Assembly (NCBI GenBank): GCA_963715985.1
Contig: CAVQSP010000010.1
Span: 96,001-160,000, forward strand
Length of the DNA: 64,000 nucleotides
DNA from: an uncultured Thermoleophilia bacterium
GTDB taxonomy: Bacteria > Actinomycetota > Thermoleophilia > UBA2241
Direction: 5' to 3'
This document shows, piece after piece, positions 38,550 to 48,192 of the stretch; the stretch's first letter is position 1, and the number at the start of each line of letters is the position of its first letter. The position numbers were made by a program, and so were the translations under genes. The notes below the pieces were generated by a model. That model had not been told where the DNA came from. It worked only from the letters and a program-made list of their open reading frames with translations, and ran no database searches.

Positions 38550-38572
38550 GAGTTCATGTATTTGCGTACTTG

Positions 38573-38601
38573 CTTATATACGCTACCGGGAAACGGGTCA
38601 A
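38573..38601 (-). promoter_or_regulatory. sigma70-like promoter of the arsR-tusA-hdr operon
   Basis: TTGACC-N17-TATAAG followed by an AT-rich tract (possible operator). Confidence 0.55.
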
Positions 38602-38663
38602 GTGCGGGCATTCACAAGAGCGCCCGGCCGGGGTCCGGCGCAGTCGCGTGGTAAGCTTCGGCC

Positions 38664-39188
38664 ATGAGCGTACTGAGCTTCGAAGGCAAGACGCCGGTCA
38701 TCGGCGAGGGCGGCTGGGTGCACCCTTCGGCCGAGGTCATCGGTGAAGTCACCCTCGGCGCCCGCTGCTGGATCGGCCCGGGCGCCCGCCTGCGCGGCGA
38801 CTACGGCAGCATCGTGTTGGGCGACTGCTGCGCGGTGGAGGACAACTGCGTCGTCCACGCGCGCCCCGGCGAGCGCTGCACCGTCGGCTCGTGGGTCACG
38901 CTGGGCCACGGCTGCGTGGTCCACGGCGTGGCCTTGCTCGGCGACTTCGCCGTGGTCGGCATGAACGCCGTGGTCAGCGACTGGGCCGAGGTCGGCGAGT
39001 GGGGCATGGTCGCCGAGGGCGCCGTGGTGCCGCAGGGCGGCGTGGTGCCGTCCGGCAGGATCGCCGCCGGCATTCCCGCGCGCCTGCTCGAGCGTGCGGT
39101 CGACGACGAGTACCGCGCCGTCTGGCGCGGCTTCAAGGAGACCTACGTGGGCCTGTGCGAGCGGTATCGCACCGGCCTCGGCACCTGA
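38664..39188 (+). CDS. Gamma-carbonic anhydrase family (hexapeptide repeat) protein
   Basis: LRGDYG, EDNCVVH, GHGCVVHG. Confidence 0.92.
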   Translation: MSVLSFEGKTPVIGEGGWVHPSAEVIGEVTLGARCWIGPGARLRGDYGSIVLGDCCAVEDNCVVHARPGERCTVGSWVTLGHGCVVHGVALLGDFAVVGMNAVVSDWAEVGEWGMVAEGAVVPQGGVVPSGRIAAGIPARLLERAVDDEYRAVWRGFKETYVGLCERYRTGLGT

Positions 39189-39200
39189 CCCGGGCCTGAC

Positions 39201-40218
39201 TCAGCCTTGGCGCGGGTCGGCGGGGCCGCGGCCGGCGCCGGAGGCGCTCACGGCGGCGGCGATCTCATCCAGGTCCTCATCGGTGAGCGTCACGCGGGCC
39301 GCCCCGATCCACCCGTCCACCTGCTCCGGGCTGCGGGCACCCACGATCGCGCCGCTGACCCCGGCCCAGCTCGTGACCCAGGCGATCGCCACTGCCGGCA
39401 CCGAGGCGCCGTGGCGCGCGGCGATCGGCCGCAGCGCATCGCGCAGCGCCAGGTTGCGGCCGAGCTGCGGCTCCTTGAACATCGGCGGGCGCCGCCGCCA
39501 GTCGTCCTCGGGGAAGGCGGCCACGCGCGCGGCCGAGAACGTCTCCGTGAGGAGGCCGGAGCCCATGGGGCTGTAGCACAGCACCCCGGTGCCGTGCGCG
39601 CGCGCCCACGGGAGGAGCTCCGCCGCGGTCTCGCGCTGGATGAGCGAGAACGGCGGCTGCAGCGAGTCGACGTGCCCGACGGCCTCGCAGCGCTCGAGCA
39701 GGGCGACGTCGAAGTTGCTGACGCCGATGGCCCGCGCCTTGCCCTCGTCGCGCAGCCTCACCATCTCGGCCCAGGCGTCCTCGATCGGGTTGCCTTCATC
39801 GTCCGGCCAGTGGAGCTGGAAGAGGTCGACGGTGTCCATGCCGAGGCGGCGCAGAGAGTCCTCGATCCCGTGGCGCACCGTGTGCGGCGTGGCGATGCGG
39901 CGGGTCGCTGCCATCGGGTCGGCGTCGTCCCACTCCAGGGCGCACTTGGTGAACACCAGAGGCCGGGCGTCTGCGGGCAGCGCCCGCACGGCCCGGCCCA
40001 CCACCTCTTCCGAATGTCCCAGCCCGTACACAGCCGCGGTGTCGACCCAGGTCACGCCGAGGCCCACGGCGTGGTGGATGGCGGCGACGGACTGGGCGTC
40101 GTCCTGCGGTCCCCAGCCGAACGCCCAGCCGCCCCCGCCGGTGGCCCACGAGCCGAAGCCGACGAAGCTGATCTGGAGACCGGTCGAGCCGAGCGGTCGG
40201 GTGGGGAGGGCGTGTCAT
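39201..40218 (-). CDS. Aldo/keto reductase (frameshift near 5' end)
   Basis: DTAAVYGLGHSEE, DLFQLHWP, IGVSNF, YSPMGSG. Confidence 0.9.
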
Positions 40219-40860
40219 CGTGGATCCTTTCGGCGCGGGTTGCGGCGGCGGCGGGCGGCCGGCGGTCGGCGACGGGGTCAGGCCACGTCGTCGGCGAGTC
40301 GAGTACGCGCAGCGGGCGGCGCTCGACGCAGTCGGTCTCGGTGGAGTACACGGTCGAGCTCCATGAGCGGGCGGCGCGTAGACGTGCACGGTCACGAGAT
40401 CCTCGTCCGATGGTGTTCGCCAGCTGGTGGATGCCGTCGCGGTCCAGGCCGGTGTGCGCTCGCCGCCGTGCACGACCTCCTCGGCGTCCAGCGTCACCGG
40501 CCCGGTGCCAGCGGCCTGCCCGGCGGCGGGCGCGAACAGGCGCGACGTCAGCTCGCCGCGGTGCACGCTGATCGTCGTTGAGCGACCCTGCGTGGTCGTG
40601 GACGGTGGACTCCTGTCCGGGGCGCCAGCAGAGCACCAGGAGCTCGAAGTCGGCGGTGCGGCAGACGAGGTTGCGCGTGTAGCCATCTGCGGCGAAGCGC
40701 AGGGCGGCTCTCGATGAGCTCGTCGGAGAGCTCCAGCCGCTGCGTGAGATGACATGAGGCGCTCGTGGCTGAGCGAGCTCACCGGCTCGCGCCCCATCTC
40801 GATGATGAACTGCTCGAGCGTCAGCTGCGGGCCGAGCTCACGTCCGATATCCCTGTCCAT
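40215..40860 (-). CDS. Cysteine dioxygenase family cupin (multiple frameshifts)
   Basis: YTRNLV, LCWRPGQESTVHDH, IHQLAN, TVHVYAPP spread over three frames. Confidence 0.8.
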
Positions 40861-40934
40861 GGCGCGGGCCTACCCGGGTGCGAGAGTCGCGAAACGGCCC
40901 TATTTGCCGCCCGGATGCGTAGAATGCGGTCGCG

Positions 40935-41453
40935 ATGGATGGCGAACAGTCAGCACGAGGGGGTCTGCCGGCGGGCGTGAGCGCCGGCATCCTCGCTACG
41001 GTCACGATGGACGCAGCCATGGTCGTGGCGGCGCTCCTGGCGCCCGGGACTTTCGCCACCGACAAGGTCGGTCTCGACGTGATCGGCAGGTGGGCAGAGG
41101 GCTTGGCCCGGGGTCGCCTTCGCAGCCCCGACATCGGCGCGGAGCCGGCAGTGCGCGGAGAGGCGGTCCTGGGGCTGGCGACGCACTACCTCACGGGGAT
41201 CGTGCTCACCGAGTGCTACCTGGCTGCCACGCGCCGAGGGCTTCCCTCCGGTGCTGCGAGCGCAGGTGCGTACGGTGTCGCCACGGCGCTCCTGCCTCTC
41301 GGCATCCTCTACCCCTCGCTCGGGTACGGGTGCTGCGCCCGGAAGGTCGATGACCGGCGCCGCGTGGTGTGCGCCATGCTGCTCGGGCACGCGGCCTTCG
41401 GCGCCGGTATCGGGCTGTGGACTGCCCTCCTCCGGCGCCGCATCCGGGTCTGA
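40935..41453 (+). CDS. Membrane protein, DUF2938-like
   Basis: GILATVTMD, IGRW, THYLTG, GHAAFG. Confidence 0.7.
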   Translation: MDGEQSARGGLPAGVSAGILATVTMDAAMVVAALLAPGTFATDKVGLDVIGRWAEGLARGRLRSPDIGAEPAVRGEAVLGLATHYLTGIVLTECYLAATRRGLPSGAASAGAYGVATALLPLGILYPSLGYGCCARKVDDRRRVVCAMLLGHAAFGAGIGLWTALLRRRIRV

Positions 41454-41499
41454 CGGCCGCGTATCCTGCGGCGCGGCGGCCCGCTCCGCGCGCCGCGCC

Positions 41500-42012
41500 T
41501 CACCACACGAACGGGATGAAACGCCGGCGCACCTGTAGCCGGTACGCGGCGTAGCCCCCATAGCGCTGGAGCAGCCAGGTCTCCTCGCGCCGCCGCTTGG
41601 CCTCCAGGAAGACCGCGGCCACGCCCAGCGGCAGCAGCGCGAGTGGCGAAGAGAGCAGAGCCCACCCCAACAGAAGCAGCAGTGCGCCGCCGTACATGGG
41701 GTGACGGACGTGCTCGTAGACGCCCGACCGTCGCAGCGCGCCGTCGTCCACCGGCCTCGGGAACGGCGTGAGCTGCCGCCCGAGGCCGGCGCCGCCGGCA
41801 AGCAGAAGTCCGATCCCGGCCAGGGCGGCGGCGACCCCCGCGGCCGCGAGCCAGGGGCTCGCGGAGGGCGGCCAGGCCGCCCCCATCAGTCCGCAGCCGA
41901 CGGCCGCGACCAGTAGGAGCCCCTGGCCGGCGACCCAGCCTCCGCCGCGGCGGCCGAGCGCTGGGAGCCGGGTGCGTGCGGCGGTCGTCACGCCGCTCGG
42001 ACCGCCGCTCAT
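41500..42012 (-). CDS. Isoprenylcysteine carboxylmethyltransferase/PEMT family membrane protein
   Basis: GVYEHVRHPMY, EE..L..RY..Y..Y, RRFIPFVW. Confidence 0.9.
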   Translation of the reverse strand: MSGGPSGVTTAARTRLPALGRRGGGWVAGQGLLLVAAVGCGLMGAAWPPSASPWLAAAGVAAALAGIGLLLAGGAGLGRQLTPFPRPVDDGALRRSGVYEHVRHPMYGGALLLLLGWALLSSPLALLPLGVAAVFLEAKRRREETWLLQRYGGYAAYRLQVRRRFIPFVW

Positions 42013-42395
42013 CACGCTGCCCCGTTGACCGGCGCGCCGCCGTTGAGGGGCGCCGCGCCCGGCTGCTGCCCCTGATCACCGCGGTGACTCCGTTTCGACA
42101 CGGCGGTCACCAGCACCGTCAGCCCGACTGCAAGCGCGAGGCCGGACCACACGATCGTGTCACTCGTCCATCCCTGCGCGTCGGCGAGCAGCGCCACGCC
42201 GAACGCCGCGCACACGACTCCCAGCGCCGTGAGGCGCCTGGCTGCCGCCATCTCGACCAGCGGCCAGCCGATCACCGCCAGAGGCCACCACCGGCCGATG
42301 GTCTGGGTCGAGTCCACGACCCCGGCGGCGTCCAGCAGGCCGCATACCCCTACGGCCACCAGCACGATCCCCAGCCACACTGATCCCGGTTTCAT
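42012..42395 (-). CDS. LiaF/LiaI-like transmembrane protein
   Basis: Four TM segments, WWPLAVIG motif. Confidence 0.7.
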   Translation of the reverse strand: MKPGSVWLGIVLVAVGVCGLLDAAGVVDSTQTIGRWWPLAVIGWPLVEMAAARRLTALGVVCAAFGVALLADAQGWTSDTIVWSGLALAVGLTVLVTAVSKRSHRGDQGQQPGAAPLNGGAPVNGAA

Positions 42396-42431
42396 TCGAC
42401 GTCATCCTTTCTCTTGCGTGGGACAGTTCGA

Positions 42432-42453
42432 TACTTCGATGAGTATCGAAGTA
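42432..42453. promoter_or_regulatory. Perfect palindromic operator
   Basis: TACTTCGAT-N4-ATCGAAGTA. Confidence 0.75.
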
Positions 42454-42481
42454 CAGGGCGAAAAAAAGGGGCGCCTGGTCT

Positions 42482-42775
42482 TCACGCCGGCGCGCCTCTC
42501 GAGAACGACTCCAGCTCGCGCAGCACCTGCTGGTCGACCCAGCAGTGCAGCCTTTGTCCGCGCTTCTCGCAGGTGATGAGCCCCGAGCTGCGGAGCTCCT
42601 TGACGTGGTGAGACACCGTCGAGAGCGACAACCCGAAGCGTTCGGCGATCTGTGACAGGCTGTCGGAGACTTCGTCGTCGGTGCAGCCCTCACTGGTGCA
42701 GTCGCGCACCAGCTCGAAGATGGCCAGGCGCGTGGGGTCGCCGAGCGCCTTGAACACTTTGGCCATGTCCGTCAT
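42482..42775 (-). CDS. ArsR/SmtB family regulator
   Basis: FKALGDPTRLAI, STVSHHVKEL; four Cys. Confidence 0.92.
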   Translation of the reverse strand: MTDMAKVFKALGDPTRLAIFELVRDCTSEGCTDDEVSDSLSQIAERFGLSLSTVSHHVKELRSSGLITCEKRGQRLHCWVDQQVLRELESFSRGAPA

Positions 42776-42788
42776 GTGAGGTCCTCCG

Positions 42789-42820
42789 ATACTTCGATAC
42801 TTATCGAATAATCGAAGTAT
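42789..42820. promoter_or_regulatory. Second copy of the operator, upstream of arsR
   Basis: ATACTTCGAT-ACTT-ATCGAATA-ATCGAAGTAT. Confidence 0.75.
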
Positions 42821-42942
42821 AGGGCATCGCGTCGCGTTGTCAATACCGAGGGTCGTGCAGCCGTGGCGTCCGTCGGGCCGGCGGGGTAGGCTCCTCGGGG
42901 CAGAGGACGGGGACCCCGATGACCGACGAGGAGGGTGGGAGC

Positions 42943-43295
42943 ATGACGGAGCGACTCATCTCAGCCTGTGGGCTGGTCTGCAGCGAGTGCGACGCGTTCC
43001 TGGCGACCCAGGCCGGCGACGCGGCCGCCATCGAGCGGGTGGCGGCGCAGTGGAGCGAGCAGTTCGGCGCCACCATTCCCGCTGCCGGCGTGTGGTGTGA
43101 CGGCTGCATGACTGGTGGCGAGCGCCGCTGCGGGCACGTGGACGAGTGCAAGATCAGGGCCTGCGTGGTCGGCCGGAGCCTGGCGAACTGCGCCGGTTGC
43201 ACGACTACGTGTGCAGCATGCTCGAGGAGTTCCTCGGGTTCGCCGCGGAGTCGGGCGCGCGGGAGACGCTCGAGTCGCTGCGCACCGGATCGTGA
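42943..43295 (+). CDS. DUF3795-like Cys-rich protein (frameshift near 43200)
   Basis: SACGLVCSEC, CDGC, CKIRAC, NCAGC. Confidence 0.8.
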
Positions 43296-43302
43296 ACCGC
43301 CG

Positions 43303-43899
43303 GTGACGACGTTGGTCGCACTGCTCCGGGCCGTCAACGTCTCCGGACAGAACAGGGTGCCGATGGCGGAGCTGCGCGTCGCGCTCGAGAGCGCAGGTGT
43401 GCGCTCGGCCGAGACGTATGTGCAGAGCGGCAATGTGGTCTTCGATGCGGATGGTGACTCCGCGTCAGCGCAGGCGGCGACCGTGCACGATGCCATCGAG
43501 ACTGCGTTCGGTCACGATGTGGCGGTCATCGCGCTGACCGCGGCGGAACTGGCGGACGTGGCCGGCGGGAATCCGTTCCTGGCGGCCGAGGGGGCTGACA
43601 CGGCCTCGGACGTCGCGTCGGCCGCGGCCGCCCCGGGCGTGGACGCGAAGACCTTGCATGTGACGTTCCTCGAGCGGCCGGTGGAGGAGGCCGCGTTCCG
43701 CGACCTCCAGCTTCCGGTCGCGCCCGGCGAGGCGGCCGCCTTGGCGCCTGGCGGCGGCTGCATCTACCTGCACTTGCCCCACGGCTACGGCGGCACCAGG
43801 CTGAGCAACGCCTGGTTCGAACGCGCGCTCAGGGTCCGCGCCACCACCAGGAACTGGCGCACGGTGCTGGCTCTGGCCGGGATGAGCGCGCGCGACTGA
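43303..43899 (+). CDS. DUF1697 family protein
   Basis: ALLRAVNV, TYVQSGNVVF, ATTRNWRT. Confidence 0.9.
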   Translation: MTTLVALLRAVNVSGQNRVPMAELRVALESAGVRSAETYVQSGNVVFDADGDSASAQAATVHDAIETAFGHDVAVIALTAAELADVAGGNPFLAAEGADTASDVASAAAAPGVDAKTLHVTFLERPVEEAAFRDLQLPVAPGEAAALAPGGGCIYLHLPHGYGGTRLSNAWFERALRVRATTRNWRTVLALAGMSARD

Positions 43900-43920
43900 C
43901 GCGCTCCGCTCGCGCGCGAC

Positions 43921-44300
43921 TCAACCAGCCGTCGCGACCGCGCGCTCCTCATCGCTGAGCGTCGCCAGCCGCTCCAACTCAGCGACGTCGACCCCCACGC
44001 CCTTGGCCACGCGCCGGCCGTACTCGGGGTCGGCCTTGGAGAGGACGGCGCACTGCCGCAGGCGGATGCGCACCTGCGCGTTCACGAGGTGCCCCGCGAC
44101 GTTGCTCACGAGGTGGTCGCGGTCCTCGTCCGTCACCACGTCGCGGTACAGCATCCCGGCCTGCAACATCTTGTCGTTGGACGGGCCGATGCCGGGGACG
44201 AAGTTGCCGGGCTGAACGCGGCCTGGTCGGCCTCCGCGAAGTAGTCCTCCGGGTTCCTGTCCAGTACCAGCCGCCCGAAGGTGAGCGGCGGGTAGACTTG
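43921..44300 (-). pseudogene. Monofunctional catalase remnant with internal deletion
   Basis: [34 protein letters not shown] joined directly to GMLYR..HLVSNVAGHL..KADPEYGRRVA. Confidence 0.85.
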
Positions 44301-44391
44301 CCGTCACGGGCCCAGTCCGATCCACGCAGGGAGCGGAGATGACAGCGACGGCAGAAGCGTCCACAGGCAGCGAGCGACGAGGGCGCCGGCC

Positions 44392-45222
44392 GTGACCGGG
44401 TGGGAGCCTGAGCGGAGCGACTGGGACGCGGCCGACTACGTGGCGCACTCGGCCGCGCAGCAGGCGTGGGCGCGCGAGCTGATCGAGAAGCTGCGGCTGC
44501 GCGGCGACGAGAGCGTGCTGGACATCGGCTGCGGCGACGGTCGCGCCACGGCGATGATCGCCGAGCGGCTGCCTTACGGCAGCGCCCTCGGCATCGACAA
44601 CTCGCCGAGCATGATCGCCAAGGCGCGCGAGCAGTTCCCGCCGGAGGACGGCGGCGGGCGCGGCCGGGCCCGCGAACCTCAGCTTCCGTCTGATGGACGC
44701 GCGGGCTCTGGACCTGCCGCCCGCCTTCGACGTGGCCTTCTCCACGGCCGCGCTGCACTGGATACCGGATCACGTGGCGATCCTGCGCGGCGTGCGCGCA
44801 GCGCTGCGGCCCGGCGGCCGCCTGCTCTTCCAGATGGGCGGCCGCGGCAACATCACGGAGGCGCTCGCCGTGGTGGAGGAGGTCATCGCGCCGCCCGCGC
44901 TGGCGCGGCTTCTTCGCGGGCTTCGTGCCGCCGCACCACTTCTTCGGGCCCGAGGAGTACGAGGTCTGGCTGCCTGCGGCCGGCTTCGAGCTGACGCGCG
45001 TCGAGCTCTTCCCGCGCGACATGCCGCACGCCGGCCGCGCCGCCTTTCTCGGCTGGCTGCGCACCACCTGGTTCACGTACATCGAGCGCGTGCCGCCGGA
45101 GCTGGCTGGCGCGCTTCGTTGACGAGGTCGCGGACACCTACGAGGCCGCGCGTCCGCCGGACGCCGACGGCGTGTACCGCGTGCGGCTGGTGCGGCTCGA
45201 GGTGGAGGCGCGCGCCGTTTGA
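44392..45222 (+). CDS. SAM-dependent methyltransferase, trans-aconitate methyltransferase-like (frameshifted)
   Basis: WDAADY, LDIGCGDG, ALHW, LRPGG. Confidence 0.82.
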
Positions 45223-45284
45223 GAGCCGGGTATCACTCGGCCGCACGGCACCGGCAGTGACGAAGGCGAGGCTGGAGGCAGAAG

Positions 45285-45819
45285 GTGGACGACGCACAGG
45301 TCATCAAGGCGACGGGCAAGTCGCTGGGCGACTGGTTCGCGATCCTCGACGACGGGCTGCGGACGCACGTTGCCCCACAAGGAGCTCGCTCGGCTGCTGC
45401 ACGACGACCTCGGCGTGCCGAGCTGGTGGAGTCAGATGGTGACCGTGGAGTACGAGCGAGAGATCGGCCGTCGCGAGACCGGCCAGTCGGAGAGCGGCGA
45501 GTACACGACCACAGTGAGCAGGACGCTTCCAGGCACCATGGACCAGGCGCTCGATCGCTGGCTCGCGCGGCTGCCGGCGGATGAGCAGAGGGCCGCATTC
45601 GACGGCGTGTCCTTCGCGGCCGAGCCCACCATCAGCCGTACCGAGAAGTGGCGCTACTGGCGCGTCCCACTCGCCGACGGATCCAGGGTGACGGTCTACA
45701 TCTCGGCCAAGCCTGCCGGTGGGGCTGCTCTCTTGGCCGTGGAGACCGCCAAGCTCTCCAGCAGGGACGACATCGCGCGGTGGAAGAGCTTCTGGAAGGC
45801 GTACCTGTCCGAGCTCTGA
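45285..45819 (+). CDS. DUF4287-like hypothetical protein (frameshifted)
   Basis: ATGKSLGDWFAILD, WWSQMVTVEYE; GGAGG RBS. Confidence 0.7.
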
Positions 45820-45856
45820 TCGGGCGCCACCACGACCGAGTCGTTCACACCCCCGG

Positions 45857-46118
45857 TGCCTCCGTCTTCACCGGAGAGGCGCCCAGGGTCAGCCGTGACC
45901 AGCTCTGCCGTGAGGCGGAGGCGCTCGGCCCACGGCCGATGTCGTCGGTCAGCCGCAGGACCAAGGCAGTCGTGGCCTCCGACCCGGACGCCATCAGCGG
46001 CAAGGCACGGAGGGCGCGAGCCTGCGGCGTACCCGTGATCGACTTCGCCGCGAACTTCAGGCTGCGCGACCGCATTCGCGCGGACGCTGTGAGTACGAGG
46101 CCAGGAGGACACCGATGA
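45857..46118 (+). pseudogene. BRCT-domain remnant
   Basis: VFTGE..SR..L, SVSRRT..VVA.D, SGKARRAR..GVPVI; no evident start. Confidence 0.6.
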
Positions 46119-46373
46119 GCGACCCCACGACTTCAGCGGACGATCGGCCGTCCGGCGAGACCGTCACGGACGAGACCGATCAGGAGGCGGCGCCCGACGA
46201 TCCCTCGACGGGGACCGCGTACCTGGGCATGGGCGTCACGATCGGCATCGGCACAGGGATCGGCATCGCTCTCGGCGCGGCGCTGGGCAACGTGGCGCTT
46301 GGGGTCGGCACTTGGCGCCGGGTTGGGGACCGTCGTCGGCGCCATCCTGGAGTCCGGCCGCAAGCGTCACTGA
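46115..46373 (+). CDS. Small Gly-rich membrane protein (frameshift near 46315)
   Basis: AGGAGG RBS; glycine-zipper-like GIGTGIGIALGAALG. Confidence 0.6.
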
Positions 46374-46471
46374 CGGCGAGCACTCTCCCGCTCCTTGACA
46401 GATCGTCTCGTCACGCCCATGATATACCAAGAAACCAGAATCGTTTACAGGTATTACAGGGGAGCATCCGC

Positions 46472-47089
46472 ATGCCGGCGACCAAGGACGAGATCGCGCA
46501 GACCTTCATGGGCCTGGCCGTTCGCTACGGCTTTCGCCGCACGGCGGTGGAGGACGTCGCCAAGGCGCTGCGCATCTCCAAGAAGACCATCTATGAGTAC
46601 TTCCCCAGCAAGGACGCCATGCTCGAGTACGCCCTTGAGCTGGCTGCGATCGAGCAACGCCGGCGCGTCGAGTCGCTGCTCACCGAGACCACGGCGCTCG
46701 GCCGCTCTCTCGAGGTCACGCGCATCGCGCTCGCGGACGCGCGAGCGGGATTCGAGCAGAACCCGCATGTGGAGCTGGCCGAGCCGGCCGAGCTCCAGAC
46801 TCGCGTCAACGACCGTGTGTACGGCCCCATGATCGTCGACCTCCTCGAGCAGGGTGTAGCAGCGGGGGAGTTCGAGGTCGCCGACCTCGACCTGACGAGC
46901 CGGTTCGTGCAGGCGATCGGCATGGAGGCGGTGCGGCAGATCCACGACGATCTCGCGAGTCATCCCGAGGAGGCGACCGTCCAGGCGATACGACGGCTGA
47001 TCACCGGCGGGAGCGGGGCGCCGGAGTCCGGGCCTTCGACCGCGCCGATGCCCGCCACCAAGAAGAGCAAGAAGACAAAGAAGAGATGA
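46472..47089 (+). CDS. TetR/AcrR family regulator
   Basis: ISKKTIYEYFPSKD; TTGACA at 46395 upstream. Confidence 0.9.
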   Translation: MPATKDEIAQTFMGLAVRYGFRRTAVEDVAKALRISKKTIYEYFPSKDAMLEYALELAAIEQRRRVESLLTETTALGRSLEVTRIALADARAGFEQNPHVELAEPAELQTRVNDRVYGPMIVDLLEQGVAAGEFEVADLDLTSRFVQAIGMEAVRQIHDDLASHPEEATVQAIRRLITGGSGAPESGPSTAPMPATKKSKKTKKR

Positions 47090-47102
47090 TGAGGTGAGGA
47101 CG

Positions 47103-47636
47103 ATGACGCAGGTGCTGGTCGCATACGGGACACGGTACGGATCTACGTGCGAGGTCGCTGAGGCGGTGGCCGCAACGCTCGAGGAACAGGGCATCGACTC
47201 GGACGTGAAGAATGCGAGGGAGGTGCACTCGCTGGACGGCTACGACGCCGTCGTGCTCGGCACGCCGCTCTACATGGGCGCGCTGCACAAAGACGTCCGC
47301 GCCCTGCTCGAGAAGAACCGGGAGGCGCTCGAGCGCACGCCGTTCGCGCTCTTCGCGCTCGGGCCGATCAAGGCTGACGACGGCGTCGACGGCTCGCGCG
47401 CGCAGCTCATCGAGGCGCTGGCCAAGCTGCCGGTGCCGACTCCGGCCTCCACGGCCGTCTTCGTCGGCGCCTACGACCCGGCGCGGCTCGGGTTCAAGGA
47501 CAAGATGATCACCGCACTGCCGGCTTCGCCGTTGCACGGCGAGACGGCTCATGATGAGCGGGACTGGGATGCGATCCGTGCGTGGGCGCGAGGGCTGCCC
47601 GCCGGGCTCGAAGCGCTGGTCCCGACGCCCTGGTGA
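47103..47636 (+). CDS. Flavodoxin-domain protein (HemG-like)
   Basis: YGTRYGST, YDAVVLG, RDWDAIRAWA. Confidence 0.88.
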   Translation: MTQVLVAYGTRYGSTCEVAEAVAATLEEQGIDSDVKNAREVHSLDGYDAVVLGTPLYMGALHKDVRALLEKNREALERTPFALFALGPIKADDGVDGSRAQLIEALAKLPVPTPASTAVFVGAYDPARLGFKDKMITALPASPLHGETAHDERDWDAIRAWARGLPAGLEALVPTPW

Positions 47637-47843
47637 GCCCGATCTCCTGAGCTGGATGGTCGGCGAGCGTGAGCACGCTGCCGGGCACCGGCCGAACGTC
47701 ACCCTGGGCGGGTGCGACGGCGGCAGGTACTGTCCGATGACGGCAATCAGTCTCCTGCGCGCCCGCGGCGACGACCACCGAAGGCTCCCATCCGTTCCGC
47801 ATCAATTGTGGCACACTCCAATCAGGATACCGGCTGGATCTGA

Positions 47844-48188
47844 AGCGGAGCACCGACCCTCAAGGTCGTCTTCTACCGCTCTGATGCCGGCAACGAGCCA
47901 GTGCGTGAGTGGCTTCTGGGTCTGAGTCGGGCGGACCGCAAGACGATCGGCCAGGACGTCAAGACGGCGCAGCACGGATGGCCGCTGGGGATGCCGCTCA
48001 TCCGCAAGGTGGCGCCTCGATTGTGGGAAGTGCGGTCGCACATTGCCGACGGCGTGGCAAGGGTGGTATTCACCGTCGACGGGAGTGCGATGGTCTTGCT
48101 CCGCGGCTTCGTCAAGAAGTCCCGGAAGATGCCCGCGGCGGAGCTCAGGACGTCCCAGCAGCGCCTGGCCAGGCTTGATGAGGAGTGA
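47844..48188 (+). CDS. RelE/ParE-family (Gp49/DUF891-like) toxin; native start not evident
   Basis: FYRSDAGNEPVREWL, GWPLGMP, LWEVRS, GFVKKS. Confidence 0.85.
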   Translation, partial: SGAPTLKVVFYRSDAGNEPVREWLLGLSRADRKTIGQDVKTAQHGWPLGMPLIRKVAPRLWEVRSHIADGVARVVFTVDGSAMVLLRGFVKKSRKMPAAELRTSQQRLARLDEE

Positions 48189-48192
48189 CGCG

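Noticed and set aside
42919-43899. DUF3795-DUF1697 fusion protein
   Set aside because: Produced by a frameshift near 43200; the alternate frame ends at TGA 43295 and a separate GTG start follows at 43303
46115-47089. Membrane-anchored TetR fusion
   Set aside because: Frameshift artefact; a promoter and RBS lie within the supposed linker before ATG 46472
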